Source: Adineta vaga (Eukaryota; Animalia; Rotifera). From it: a stretch of DNA of 64,000 nucleotides. This document shows, one piece after another, positions 12,329 to 23,914 of the stretch. The first letter of the stretch is position 1; every line of letters starts with the position of its first letter. The translations under genes were made by a program, and so were the position numbers. The stretch is taken from the NCBI GenBank assembly GCA_021613535.1, contig CP075492.1:16740001-16804000 (forward strand). Reading direction: 5' to 3'. The notes beneath the pieces were generated by a model. The model was not told the DNA's origin. It did not search any database and saw only the letters and a list, made by a program, of their open reading frames with translations.

Positions 12329-14332
12329 TTAAGTCCCATTTGCTGGTTGATAGTAGGCGATATCGTTGACAGTGGCGGTCAAAGTTCCATTGGCATCGAA
12401 GATGTTAATCAATACATCAATGGAAAGGTGAAAACCATCAGGACTTGTAATTTTCGTGCTGTTGTTCGGTCCCGTCTTGATAAGGTCCGAAAACCAGTCA
12501 ATTTGGGTGACCGTAGAACTTGGGGCGTTCATACTGACCTCTTCGGATCCGGTGAGAACATTGAGTCCATCGTCGCAGAAATCATGGTAGACCACCGATA
12601 CAGTTCCAATCATTGTTCCGGCGTTGTTGTTGATAAGCGTCACCTTGGCCCAACCGAAATGGTTCCCAAGAAGGACGTAATTGCCCACTGGCGGATAGAC
12701 GAGTACGGGGATTGAACTACCAGGCTCATACTTCACTCCCCAAGGGACGACGTCGGAAATCGGCTCGATTACTTTAGGTTGGAGTGGCGTGCGGCTGATG
12801 AGATGAGCAAGCATCATACGATAATTCCGTCCACCGGGCTCGGTAGAGTTGTAGCACACTAATGGGTTGATTCCACCGCACGATGGTGGAACAGTGTGGG
12901 ACTGCCAATAGACGATACGAGTGCCATCAGGCGACCACTTTGGATCAGCCATGCCATTCCACTCCGGGTCATTTATGCTACCTGGGCTTCCATCTCCGGC
13001 TGCGTTAATCTTTCGACCAAAATAAGCGCCTCGGTCGCCATAGTAGTCAATCAAATAAGGTTGGAAGAATCGACGTGGTCCGTTATTACGAGTTGAAGAC
13101 GTAGCGCTGGAGCTGACTATGTCGGTCAATGGAGGAATTCCTCGCATACCAGCCATAAACATCTGTCGTCCAGAGCCCCTAGTATCCATGACAACCGTCC
13201 ACTGATCGTCAGGAGAGATGTCCACCGGATCGACGTATTCTGGGTGGCTTGTAAGTCGGCGGACTTTGCCCGTAGTGAGATCGGCGGCAAACACATCAAT
13301 GTTAGATGATTCGGCTGGAAATCCAATGTAAGTGATCTCTCGGCCAGTTCCGCTAAAGCCACGTAGTTCACCAACTACGACAGATTGAGGGTTGATGTGA
13401 AGTAGACTTCTGTTGTCGCGATCCACAGTGATAGGCTGAAGGGCTTCAGGGTCGTAGAGTCGATAGACATTGACTAGATCATAACGAGGAGATAGAGGCG
13501 TACCCCAAGTTGGAAAGGGATTGAATTGCAACCTTCCCATGTAGCCATACTGCCCAATTTTGCCGTTAATGATTGTAAAGGAGTTGAAGCCCACGTGTAC
13601 GTTGTCCGGATGTAAGCGCAGCTCGCGAATGTTGCCACCAGGTCCAGTGGCGTTCGTCGTCGTATTCCAGCGGATAGGGTAGATGTGAACTTGATTTGGA
13701 GTACATGCAGCGTCAATGAGATTACTAGTACATTCAATGATGTTCGTACCGGCCAAGAGACGTTTGCCGTCAACGAAGGTCTGGGGGTAGTCCATCGTCA
13801 ACGAGCGTCCGATTGTATTTTCCTCTGGCACACCACAAGTAATACATTTCCATGCATCACCGTTAGAAAATATACTGCCATCGGTCTTCACTAGGATTAA
13901 TTGCACGCCGGTAAAGATACTAGCCGGATCAGGCGCGATCGGAGCGCCGGTGAAGTTGACCGTCACCGTGACGTGAAGACCATCTGATAAGAAAGCTCCA
14001 GATTGGAATTGCGTTAGAGCTTGACCTATACAACCGGTTCCGTGTGGGTTGACATCAAAAGTGCAGCCACCCACGGCATCGTTGGAAGTAACAGGCGGAA
14101 GCGGGAGTTCGGTGATGGTGATCGGCTCGGGTTCAGGAGGTGGTGGAATGTTGCTGCCCTTCACAACGCATCTACGGGAAGCCTCAGTTGCGAAGAAAGC
14201 CAGCACGGTAATATTAAGGAAGAGCATGATGACAAAGGAATGGCTGGAAGTTGATTGTCCCATTGTTCGGCGTTGACTAGAGACAACTACGAACGGAGAT
14301 GAAAATGATGATGATTCTTCAGATATTCTCAT
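12329..14332 (-). CDS. Fungal-type saponin hydrolase precursor homolog, intronless and GC-rich (HGT candidate); true start probably a downstream Met before the signal peptide
   Basis: PPPPEPEPITITELPLPP, GTGCIG, GAP..PDPASI.TG, NGDAWKCITCG, RELRLHPD, GELRGFSG, EYVDP and WNGMADP motifs, recalled from ascomycete soyasaponin hydrolases. Hydrophobic signal MLFLNITVLAFFATEAS. Confidence 0.8.
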   Translation of the reverse strand: MRISEESSSFSSPFVVVSSQRRTMGQSTSSHSFVIMLFLNITVLAFFATEASRRCVVKGSNIPPPPEPEPITITELPLPPVTSNDAVGGCTFDVNPHGTGCIGQALTQFQSGAFLSDGLHVTVTVNFTGAPIAPDPASIFTGVQLILVKTDGSIFSNGDAWKCITCGVPEENTIGRSLTMDYPQTFVDGKRLLAGTNIIECTSNLIDAACTPNQVHIYPIRWNTTTNATGPGGNIRELRLHPDNVHVGFNSFTIINGKIGQYGYMGRLQFNPFPTWGTPLSPRYDLVNVYRLYDPEALQPITVDRDNRSLLHINPQSVVVGELRGFSGTGREITYIGFPAESSNIDVFAADLTTGKVRRLTSHPEYVDPVDISPDDQWTVVMDTRGSGRQMFMAGMRGIPPLTDIVSSSATSSTRNNGPRRFFQPYLIDYYGDRGAYFGRKINAAGDGSPGSINDPEWNGMADPKWSPDGTRIVYWQSHTVPPSCGGINPLVCYNSTEPGGRNYRMMLAHLISRTPLQPKVIEPISDVVPWGVKYEPGSSIPVLVYPPVGNYVLLGNHFGWAKVTLINNNAGTMIGTVSVVYHDFCDDGLNVLTGSEEVSMNAPSSTVTQIDWFSDLIKTGPNNSTKITSPDGFHLSIDVLINIFDANGTLTATVNDIAYYQPANGT

Positions 14333-15600
14333 TCGTTTTCGAGTCGATTGCTTTCAACCTCGTAACTACACGATTTTCTCGTTGAAGGGAAGACACCAGA
14401 GAATACCTCCTACTCTGGTAGAAGATTGTCAAGGTACAGGAGATCGCCACGGACGTAAGTAACAAGTAACTTTTTTTATGAGGGAAAAAAAGCTGCTAGA
14501 GACCTTATGACCTTATCTCTATTCTTAATTATAGTCTAACAAATACGGTGAACTGAACTGGTAGCATCAAAAATAGCAATTTGTGAAGATTTTTCAGCAA
14601 AAAAAAGCCACCTAGACTCTCTAAACCAGTGGACAGAATTTTTGGAGTTTTAGTCTTAATACCAACAAGAACAGGCATCATAAACCAAGAATTCACAAGG
14701 AGTACTAATTCGTGATCTGGAACAATAGTTTATCATATGCTTCTGAATCTGTGTGCTGAAAAAAAAGGATTCTATCGTTTCTGTAAAGATTCTTACTTAC
14801 AATCCGTCATTGTGTGACAAAATGTTACAGAGAAGAGTGCAGAATAGGTATGTGGTTCCTTTTCTACTTGCCGTTCTCTTTTATAGGCCGGTGTACGGGA
14901 GAACCGAAAAAGAAAGAGAAAAAGATGCCGCTAAAGTGACTAATGCGCGTGTTCTGTTGACGGCATGCAGAGCTGAGTAAGTGCGCACTTTTTCGAGTAC
15001 GAGTGCGAGTACTAGTACTTCATGTACACTTTGTGATCCTGCGCTGTAAAAAAAGCGCCACAATAATAAACCATTATAGATTTATACTTACTGCACAAGG
15101 TTTTATTGTGTTTCAAATTAGGAGCATGGGTTTTTTATTCTAAGGATTTATTAATTTACATATAATGGTAGAATATTCTACGATTTCATACAAAGCATAC
15201 ACTTAGATATTCGTACATTAGAAACAACGAAATAATAGAAGCAAAACATCAAATGAGAAAAAATGAGAAATATTAAGTTTAAATTCAAAGAAAAAAAGAA
15301 TGGATTTTCAATATTATTAATTTGTAGGAAATTACAACAGCTCTTATGAAAAAAAGTGAAAAATATTAACGAATATCTTTTTTTTCTTTTATCTTTTCTT
15401 TGGAGTATGAATGAATATTGCGATGCTTTTTAGTAGTCGAAACAGAACGAAAAGAAAAGACAAGAAAAATCACGTTATGTTGTGTTGATAATAACTAATA
15501 TATAGATCAAAAGTTTTACTCTTACTTTGAAATAAAACGAAATAAAATAACCGACGAATTAGTATTTTTTATTGTATCTCGTTGAATAATATAGAAATTT

Positions 15601-16283
15601 AATAAATCCAGAAACTTCGGATTTTATCCGAAAGTTATGTGTACTGCAAAAAGTATATGAGAGAGATGAACCATTCTAGAATATCTACACATTAAAATTA
15701 CCACGAGAAATTTTTCGATGAGCAAGATTTCTGATGACTCGATTTTAATGAATTTTTGTGTTTGAATCTATCGGAATAGCGGTCATATGCAACCTCATGA
15801 ATCTATAAGGGATGTATGATAGATACACATATCAGCATTTTCATAATAAATCATCAATATCAATAGATATGGAGATCAGGTTTTCTCCTTTTCTTTTTGG
15901 TAGTCCTTCCGACTACCTACAAAACCAAGCATTTTACCATTAGGAAACTACGATTTGACTCAAAACCAATATCAGACTGGAAATAAGCGTTAAAAACTGA
16001 GTCGACTCATATATGCTTAAAATAATTTTGAGAAAAATTTGTTTTTCAAAAAAACTCTGTATCTCCCCTCAGGCATGGTCTGACCAATAATGACAGATTC
16101 TTTGATAACTTAGCTATTTCTCGAGAGATCATTCTCATCTTCGAACTCGATCGAGATATTCACGAGACAATTTTATGCACAAAGTTTCAGCTCAATCGAA
16201 TATAATTGTAAAGAGTTATCGTGTAAACGGCGGGACACACTGACCGATTCTAGTAGTGTACTCACTTTTTGCATACACTAAAA
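15601..16283 (+). mobile_element. Non-autonomous Helentron-associated (HINE/DINE-1-like) element
   Basis: Subterminal inverted repeat gtgtactgcaaaaagt (15639-15654) / actttttgcatacac (16264-16278). 3' hairpin tagtgta...tacacta. Core aaagtttcagctcaatcg...gagttatcgtg. The 5' end recurs at 23703-23760. Confidence 0.5.
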
Positions 16284-16556
16284 ATATGATTTAATAATCG
16301 GCCTTTTTGTTGAAAACAAAATGGTTTTCTCCAACAAAATTTACGTCATATATGACTCAATAACGAAAGAAATCACATTGAGTAATTAAAAACATGCTTT
16401 GGTAATCATTGAAGTGTAACGATAAATGATTAATTAATCATTTTCATTTATCAATATGCAAAATTTCATTTTAAAATGGAAACGACATCTCTTTCTTATT
16501 GATATAAAACCAATAGTTATATTGATAAAATTTTATTCGAGCCTTTAAACGGATTA

Positions 16557-17035
16557 GGTCAACTAGGTACTAATAATATTTGGACTAAAGATTATTATAC
16601 TGAAGGTGTAGAACTAATTTATTCAGTTATAGATATTATTCGTAAAGAAATAGAAACATGTGATTGTTTGTAAAGTTGTTAATTAATTCATTCACTTAAT
16701 GGTGGAACAGGATCAGGATTTGATTCATTATTAATTTCATACATTTATAAAGAATATGTTGATCTTATTTAGAAATTTTATTTATTTTAGAAATATTTAG
16801 GTATAATAATGAATTATAATTTATTTGGAGTATCAGAATATGATGATTATTGTGTGTTCTTCTATATAATACGACACTTTCTTTACATTAATCAATGAAA
16901 ATTATTGCTACAACATGTTATTTGGATAATATAATTCTTTATATTTATCTTTATCGACAATTCGAATTATGAAAAACATCAAATGATGATCTTAATGATT
17001 TCATTTCAACAATATAATATGGTATTACAACCAAG
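16557..17035 (+). pseudogene. Decayed beta-tubulin fragment
   Basis: Translates [65 protein letters not shown], compared with canonical [31 protein letters not shown]...[20 protein letters not shown]. Later DDLNDFIST.*YGITT resembles GDLNHLVSATMSGVTT. Confidence 0.85.
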
Positions 17036-17210
17036 AACTTGAAGTGTTCTCAATCAAATCTTAACAAATGACAATTTCAATTATCTTTAATATCGATTAG
17101 TAAATATGAGTAATTTTTCTTTCTCTTTTCAAGGATAAAAACAATGGAACAACATTTAAAACTACAATACTAATAACAACGATTCATAAAAAATAAAAAT
17201 AATTTGATTG

Positions 17211-18116
17211 TCAATAGTTATTCTGAGAGTATAATTGTCTAAATGCACGTCGTACTTCACTTGACATATAGAAATAAATATAAAAAGTGCCAACAAAATC
17301 TACATGAAATAATAAACGAAAAATTTGTATAATAAAACGTTCCCATGCTAATCGAATATCTGTTTTATTTATTGCACTTGTTGCTCGAGAATAAACTGAT
17401 TCAATTCCAAACGGAAATATTGCAATAAAAAGAATAATTAATCGTGGGATTAACATTCGACGAATTTGTTTTTGTAATCGACCTTGTTTATTTATAATTC
17501 GAATTTCACGAAGATTTTCAATTGTTCCTCGTATGAAAATAAGAATTGAAATGGCTGGAATTATTGTAAAAAATAATGGAATCAAAACATAATTATTTAA
17601 TATTCGATATTCATAAATTGTAATTAAACATATACCATTAACACGTCGTGTTATGAAAAGAACAGGCAAATATAAAATTACCCAAAATAAAATTGTTCCA
17701 CAAATAACCAAACGAACAAATCGAATTGAATTCCAACGATGTCGAAATTCTGCTCGACGACTTGTACTTGCATATTGGTCAAATGCAGCTAAACATGCAA
17801 AATAAATTGGTGAAACTGTTGTGACATAAAAAAAATAATAAAAACAACAACAAATTATATCATTATTATTGTAAATAATTATATTAAATCCATCAGCTAA
17901 AACAATTGAAAAATAAATTGTTGGTAAATGTATTAATGTTAATATTGAACCTGCAAGTAAATAAGTTATTGTTGAATTACGCCAAAATGTTCGTTGTCGT
18001 AGAAAAATTAAAATTGTTAAAACTGCTCCAATCATACCAAATATAATCATCGGTATTGCGACAATATAATTAAGGCAACGAGATATTATATTGAGAATTT
18101 CAGCAGTCTTGGACAT
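17211..18116 (-). CDS. Rhodopsin-like orphan GPCR (intronless)
   Basis: Seven hydrophobic segments, AAFDQY (DRY variant), FYIY and helix 8 EVRRAF. Confidence 0.85.
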   Translation of the reverse strand: MSKTAEILNIISRCLNYIVAIPMIIFGMIGAVLTILIFLRQRTFWRNSTITYLLAGSILTLIHLPTIYFSIVLADGFNIIIYNNNDIICCCFYYFFYVTTVSPIYFACLAAFDQYASTSRRAEFRHRWNSIRFVRLVICGTILFWVILYLPVLFITRRVNGICLITIYEYRILNNYVLIPLFFTIIPAISILIFIRGTIENLREIRIINKQGRLQKQIRRMLIPRLIILFIAIFPFGIESVYSRATSAINKTDIRLAWERFIIQIFRLLFHVDFVGTFYIYFYMSSEVRRAFRQLYSQNNY

Positions 18117-18616
18117 TTCTTAAATAGAAAAGACAAAAAATCAGAATAAAATATATTAAAAACATTTTCTTCTCAAATTGAATGCATTACTTACTTATCA
18201 GCTTGCTAGCAGAAATGGACAGTCAAATTATACTTGACTTGACACTTCTTATTTGAAAGCTATTGAGTTGACTTGAAAATTGAGATAGATGTGTTCAGTC
18301 ATAAGTCAAATATAAAATAGAGACATAATTACGTACTTGATGCATCTCATTTTTGTGCAATTAGTATTGACTATCGAAATTTAAATATAAACGAAGAAAA
18401 TATATTGACATATGGATAAATAGAAAGCGTCAATGAAACAAAAATATACAATATTGTTTGATCTTCAAGTAAATATGAACTTTTATTTCATACCCGAAAA
18501 CTGAGTCTTATCTTGAAGTTTCATAATATTGCGTTTCAAATATATGACACTGAAAATAATTCTAAATTAAGATCTTAGTCCGTCATTTATTCATTATTTC
18601 GTTTGCATGATCTGAT

Positions 18617-18666
18617 CTTGAGGGTGTGTATCTTATTATCTTTCTATGCACACCCACACCCTCAAG
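18617..18666. repeat. Telomere-type inverted-repeat element
   Basis: cttgagggtgtg-N-cacacccacaccctcaag. Confidence 0.85.
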
Positions 18667-19006
18667 TCAGTAAACGCGGTCTCAAAAACCGCCGAATCGC
18701 GGCAGTGTTCTGCCTTTTTTTTTCTCGTGGGTATCACACAACAAATATTGACAAGGAGAGGAAAAAACATGACATCAAGGTATATTTGATCAGTGATAAA
18801 AGAGACAAATATGCCAAGAGAAAAGTTGTGTTTTGTACTGTACTTCTCTTTCATCTATCGTCTTTTTCTATGAAATCCGACACTTTGTAGAAGAATCCAC
18901 TATGAAGAAATGTTATTCACACCGAAGACACAGAACTCGTATGTCTTTTTAACATAAGTGGCGGAGCATTAGTTACCGCAATTGAGAATTCGAAAAAGCT
19001 GTTGAA

Positions 19007-20761
19007 ATGGCTTGTTCAGGTCCAATAACAGACAGCTGTATTGGTTGTGACGATGATACACCGACCTTTAAACCAAATATTCGAGAAGAGGAACTCCTGA
19101 GTTTTTTCTGGAGAAACTTCTGGAATCTCAAAAGTGAATACGACAAACGCAAACAATACGACAAATCGGTCTTCATTATTGACGTTCGTTTGGATCAAGA
19201 AAACATCGATAGAGCCAAGCCAGTATATTATGGAAATGGGCATTTCAAAGACGAAGAATATGCAAAAAGACAACCGTTAGATGCCATGGCATTTCGGTAT
19301 CAAGGATTAGGTATATACATCCTACCCAAAGAGTGTCCGAAGAACTTCGGAGCTTTTCGAGAACACGTTCTTTTGCTCACAAGTGAAGTGCTCAAAAAAC
19401 CGCTCAATGACTTTCATTTTCGCCATCTTATTCTTGTCGACAACACAACTACGTGTAAAACAATTCTCAACGAGATCAAGCGGCTCAGTAAGGAACATCA
19501 ATTCTACTGCGAAAATTTGGCCGAGAATAAAGATTTATCAGTTAAAAGTTTGAAACCCTTCGATCCACTGAAGTACGATGGAACATACAATAATCCGAAC
19601 AATATCCCAAATATTGTGTTAGTCGTTACGGTTAAACCTTATGAGATAACAATTTGTGACCAGAGTAATGATGACGACTTGGATACGCCTGCTGATGCAT
19701 TTCTTCTCGGCATTCTCGCTAGTAGACGCCCAGTTCGTACGGATAGATATTTCGGTGACGCCAGCGATGAAGATGATGGCGCTTCTTATTTTTTCATTCA
19801 ATACTTTTTGGTCGACGAAAAACATCGATCGAAGGGTTTCGGATCATTTATCATACGGTCATTATTGAATTACTTAACCTCTCTTTTTCCGAAGAAAGAT
19901 GAAATGATTTGTGAAGTACAAGCGTCACCATATGCGAAGGAATTTTGGGAAACACTTGGTTTTTGCGCATTGCAGAACCGCAGAAATGACGAAGATGTGA
20001 TTACGATGAGTAAGAGAGTAGAAAAGCCTCCTTCGGCAATAGAAACGTACATAGCTACACAGTACCGCCAATTAGCACGAATTTTGGGTTGTACTGGATT
20101 AAACTCTCCTCAGACAAATGCTGAAAACAATGTTGAGGATTGTGTCCGAAATACTATGCGAACTCTTAATGACTCAGCGGAAAAATATAACGCTGTACCG
20201 TTCAGAGATATTATTAAGAATTGCAAAGAAGGCGGATCACTTTATCTTCGAGCTAAGACTTTAACTTCTGCTGACGTATTAGTTGTTGTCGAGCTTGGAT
20301 TACTTCAGAAGAGAGTATGCTTACTTGATTTGTCATTCAATCCTGGCATTGAAAGCAAAGGTCTATTGCTACTTATTGACAAAATAAGAGAAAACACATC
20401 GCTGACAGATCTGATACTCGTAGCAAGTGGTATTGATAATAGAATTGCCCTTCAAGTCGCGAATAAATTAAATTCCACACATATCAGACGTTTAGATCTG
20501 GCCAACAATGAAATTGGAGACCAAGGTGCAATTGCACTAATGACGTCGCTATGGTCGAGTCATAGTTCCCTTTTATATTTATCGCTTGCCAACAATCGGA
20601 TTACTGACGAGTTTATACATTCGATCGACATCAAACTTCATGATGCAACAGTTTCCAACAAAAAGATATGCCTTCGTGGAAACCTCTTTACTCAAAATGG
20701 ACAAGAACGTTTGATAAAGATCGTTGCTACGAAGTACACCGGTCTCGAAATCGACGTCTGA
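19007..20761 (+). CDS. GNAT acetyltransferase domain fused to C-terminal RI-like LRRs
   Basis: GNAT motif A FLVDEKHRSKGFGSFII and motif B ASPYAKEFWETLGF. LRRs LDLSFN, LDLANNEIGDQGAIAL, LSLANNRITD. 584-aa open frame. Confidence 0.75.
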   Translation: MACSGPITDSCIGCDDDTPTFKPNIREEELLSFFWRNFWNLKSEYDKRKQYDKSVFIIDVRLDQENIDRAKPVYYGNGHFKDEEYAKRQPLDAMAFRYQGLGIYILPKECPKNFGAFREHVLLLTSEVLKKPLNDFHFRHLILVDNTTTCKTILNEIKRLSKEHQFYCENLAENKDLSVKSLKPFDPLKYDGTYNNPNNIPNIVLVVTVKPYEITICDQSNDDDLDTPADAFLLGILASRRPVRTDRYFGDASDEDDGASYFFIQYFLVDEKHRSKGFGSFIIRSLLNYLTSLFPKKDEMICEVQASPYAKEFWETLGFCALQNRRNDEDVITMSKRVEKPPSAIETYIATQYRQLARILGCTGLNSPQTNAENNVEDCVRNTMRTLNDSAEKYNAVPFRDIIKNCKEGGSLYLRAKTLTSADVLVVVELGLLQKRVCLLDLSFNPGIESKGLLLLIDKIRENTSLTDLILVASGIDNRIALQVANKLNSTHIRRLDLANNEIGDQGAIALMTSLWSSHSSLLYLSLANNRITDEFIHSIDIKLHDATVSNKKICLRGNLFTQNGQERLIKIVATKYTGLEIDV

Positions 20762-20897
20762 GAGGAAATATGATTTCAAACTGTTAACGTCAACGAAGTG
20801 TACTAAATGCCTGACATTTTGTTTTAAACCCTCTCCCGCAATAAAAGACCTTCCCGGATTAGAAGACCCCCTGGAGGAAATTTTTCGTAGTAATTTT

Positions 20898-20936
20898 GTG
20901 TGGGTGTGGGTGCGAATATCCTCTTCACCCACACTC
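20898..20936. repeat. Telomere-type inverted-repeat element
   Basis: gtgtgggtgtgggtg-N-cacccacactc. Confidence 0.75.
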
Positions 20937-21278
20937 TTATCGGTGAAAACAGACTAAGTCTGCACGACGTATGAAAAGTGGTAGTTAATCTCTTTGTTTT
21001 TACTCTCTTTCAAGGTCAATGACACAAAAAAAGTTGAAAGTGATATTATTCCATCGTTTCAGAAGAACGTGAGCTTAGGTAAACATGATAGTTTTGTGTC
21101 TACTTTTCCTCTAAAATTTTCTTATTAATATTCATACCTACTAATATTTCGTCGGTCGATTTCAAAAGATCATTTTGTGTATGATTTAAATATTGCTTAC
21201 ACACCATAAATATTTATCTTATCATCTTATCGGGTGAATGGATAGGTATGGCTGTGTTTCATTTAAATATATCAAAGA
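20937..21278 (+). repeat. Direct repeat copy 1 (342 bp) of a local duplication
   Basis: Near-identical to 25160-25435 apart from a 66-bp indel. Confidence 0.95.
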
Positions 21279-21350
21279 GTTAGCATATGTGCATATGTGG
21301 AGTCAATTCACATATTTACGAAGATTGTAAACCCTTTTTAGACGGCATAG

Positions 21351-21540
21351 ATGGGTGTGGGTAGTATATAGAGAAAACCCACACCCACACCCTCATTGAA
21401 ACAATTGTGTTTTGTGTTAAATAATTAAATAAAGAGAAGATCTTCTTTTCTTTTGATATTCAAAGTGATTTGAATTCGAAGATAAACAAAATTTGAGGGT
21501 ATGTATCTAGGCAATCTCGTATCCACACTAACACCCACAC
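21351..21540. repeat. Two telomere-type inverted-repeat elements (21351-21396 and 21493-21540)
   Basis: atgggtgtgggt-N-acccacacccacaccctcat and ttgagggtatg-N-cacccacac. Confidence 0.7.
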
Positions 21541-21690
21541 AACATGTATCAGATCGGGAGAGATTTTTTTTCTGAAAGATTAACAAAATCCATTTCTTAT
21601 TTATAGATATTCCAAGAAAAATCTTCGATGAATATTAATACACAGAGAAAAAATTGAGTATACATTAAAAGGAGTTTTATAGAAATTGTT

Positions 21691-22047
21691 CTATGCCTGT
21701 GTTACACTTTTCGCTTCACATGCGACAATTTTAACTTTATCGACACGAGGTATTTGTGGAGTTGGAGCTGCTGTATTATGTTGACCTTGATTACTTTCTT
21801 TAACAAGAAAATCTTTTAATTCAAATGTCCAAACATTGTCACAAAAACGATATGTGCTTAGTTTTGCCGAAAAATGAATTTTTTTATTAATTCGTTTATC
21901 AACGGCTAAATTAATTGCACGGTCAAATTCACTTAAAACTATACCAGCTGCTTTTTCAGTCAATTGACCTGATGAAATCATTTGATCAAGTATTTCTTGT
22001 AATGTCGTACCTAATGTTGTTTTACGGTAAAGTTGATAGTTGGCCAT
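21691..22047 (-). CDS. GTF2A2: Transcription initiation factor IIA gamma subunit (intronless)
   Basis: MANYQLYRKTTLGTTLQE..., EFDRAIN, YRFCDNVWTF, VDKVKIVACE. ATG at 22047. Confidence 0.95.
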   Translation of the reverse strand: MANYQLYRKTTLGTTLQEILDQMISSGQLTEKAAGIVLSEFDRAINLAVDKRINKKIHFSAKLSTYRFCDNVWTFELKDFLVKESNQGQHNTAAPTPQIPRVDKVKIVACEAKSVTQA

Positions 22048-23702
22048 TCTTTTGGTAATTTGTAATAAGTAAATTTTCTCCACACCCTCGAGAGCACGAC
22101 ATCTACTGTGTCTTTACACTTTCCATATACAACCAATTCAAGTATCACATCAACAACTATCGAAAACTACTAGATCCCTCGATGTCGCATATAATTTCTG
22201 TTAAACTTAACCTTTGAATGTGTACAGTTCATATCTACGATATGTTACTCATTACATAAATCAAATCAATCCGCATCCTTCTCTCGTTAATCATCGAACT
22301 TATTTTGGTTAATTAATACATACAAGTGATAAAATCATCAAAAGAATTCTAACAAAAAGAAGAGGAAAACTATCAGTTTCGATTATTAATCAGATTGGAT
22401 CTACGCTAATTTGGTACAGATATTGATATTTTTCAATTAATCAAGAAAAAAAGATTGTTTGTCGAGTTATCGATGTTTCTATCGATTATAGTATCAGTTT
22501 AGAGTGATGATGGCATATCAAATGTTACGATATTCTCATGCTTATTAATTTCCGAAGTTGTCAAACTCAATCTTTTAGTATAGGACAATATTTTATTGAG
22601 GGAAAAGTCTAATAATTTATAAAAGGGTAACAGTTGATTGTTGATGATTAAAGAAAATAAGGAGATTTAAGGGTGATCATAAACTAGATCATCCAATAGT
22701 CGAATGACTCTTTTTCTTTTCGTTCTTTGAACATGATATACGTAAAGATCTCTCCCGATCAAATAAATGTTGCGATGACGATGACATGCGGACTGGTGAT
22801 AATACTAGTCTGCCATAGAGCAACATTTTTCTATAAATCAAAAGTAAAGAAAGAACAATACTGTAGTCTAATCATGTCTGTTTCATTTTTTATATTGACA
22901 GTAATTCATTCACACATGGTATTTACAAAAAAACACAAAGAATAGGGAAGAAAATCGTGCACTTCACTATCGCGATTAGGCCACGTGATGTTTTTCTTCA
23001 TTCTTGTGAAATATTCATCGTCGATGACTCATACTGAATAATGTGGAAATTTTCGAAAAAGAATAGCTGATTCTCTTTCTCTCTCTTGTATAAAAAAAAT
23101 GTAACATGTACTATGGCATGGTGAAGAAAACTGATCGCTAATCCTATCTCGATTGTCTTGAAGATAAATATGGTACAAATATAAACGAATCTAAAGAATA
23201 AAACCGATATCTATGTTATTTCACGTTCGATCGACCAGTAAGTAACGTATATACTCGATACATATTACTGTTTACTTCAATGGAATCCAATATATTTCAT
23301 CTATTCTTGTGTTGATCGATTTTTAGCTCTTCGTCATATATATATACAAAAACAAATATTGCCAAATAGGCACATATGTGACTATAAATAAGGTATGTCT
23401 TTACTGAAAAAGACTATCTGACATCGTTTGAATAGATAGCTGATAAACACATAATTTGTGTCATTAAAAGGAAATTGTATAAAAATAATGTTAATGTATG
23501 TTTTTTCACAACTGGTCTATTAATTTTGTTTCAAAAGGTTGCCTGTGGATAACGAACTTTAGAATATGCAAATCTTTACTATGTTTCTCTCCATACATTT
23601 CTTCATTGTTTAGAATATTTATTTTCTATAAATCATATAAATTTTTCAAATTTTGTTGTAATTATGAAATAAGAAAGAATTTTCATCTCGTTTTTATGCA
23701 AA

Positions 23703-23760
23703 AATAAATGCGGAAACCTCGGATTTAAATCCGAATGTTATGTGTACTTCAACAAGTGAC
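23703..23760 (+). repeat. Second copy of the 5' end of the HINE-like element
   Basis: aaatgcggaaacctcggatttaaatccgaatgttatgtgtact matches 15604-15645 with a few mismatches. Confidence 0.6.
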
Positions 23761-23860
23761 AAAAGATATTCATTTTGTATATTTATTATTATTATTTAAG
23801 CTAAGTAAGAAACGAGTTCCATGACAGTTCCGCGCCGACATTACTGCGCACGACACTACC

Positions 23861-23914
23861 ATCTTGAGGGTGTGGGTGTGGATCTTTTCTCTTTCACTCT
23901 CAACTATACCCACA
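23861..23914. repeat. Telomere-type inverted-repeat element
   Basis: atcttgagggtgtgggtgtgg-N-tatacccaca. Confidence 0.7.

Noticed and set aside
12197-14276. Several ORFs overlapping the saponin hydrolase
   Set aside because: By-products of high GC and few stop codons, with no recognisable motifs.
23110-23250. Possible coding relic near 23.1-23.2 kb as an immunity gene for the toxin
   Set aside because: Interrupted by stops and has no recognisable immunity-protein motif.
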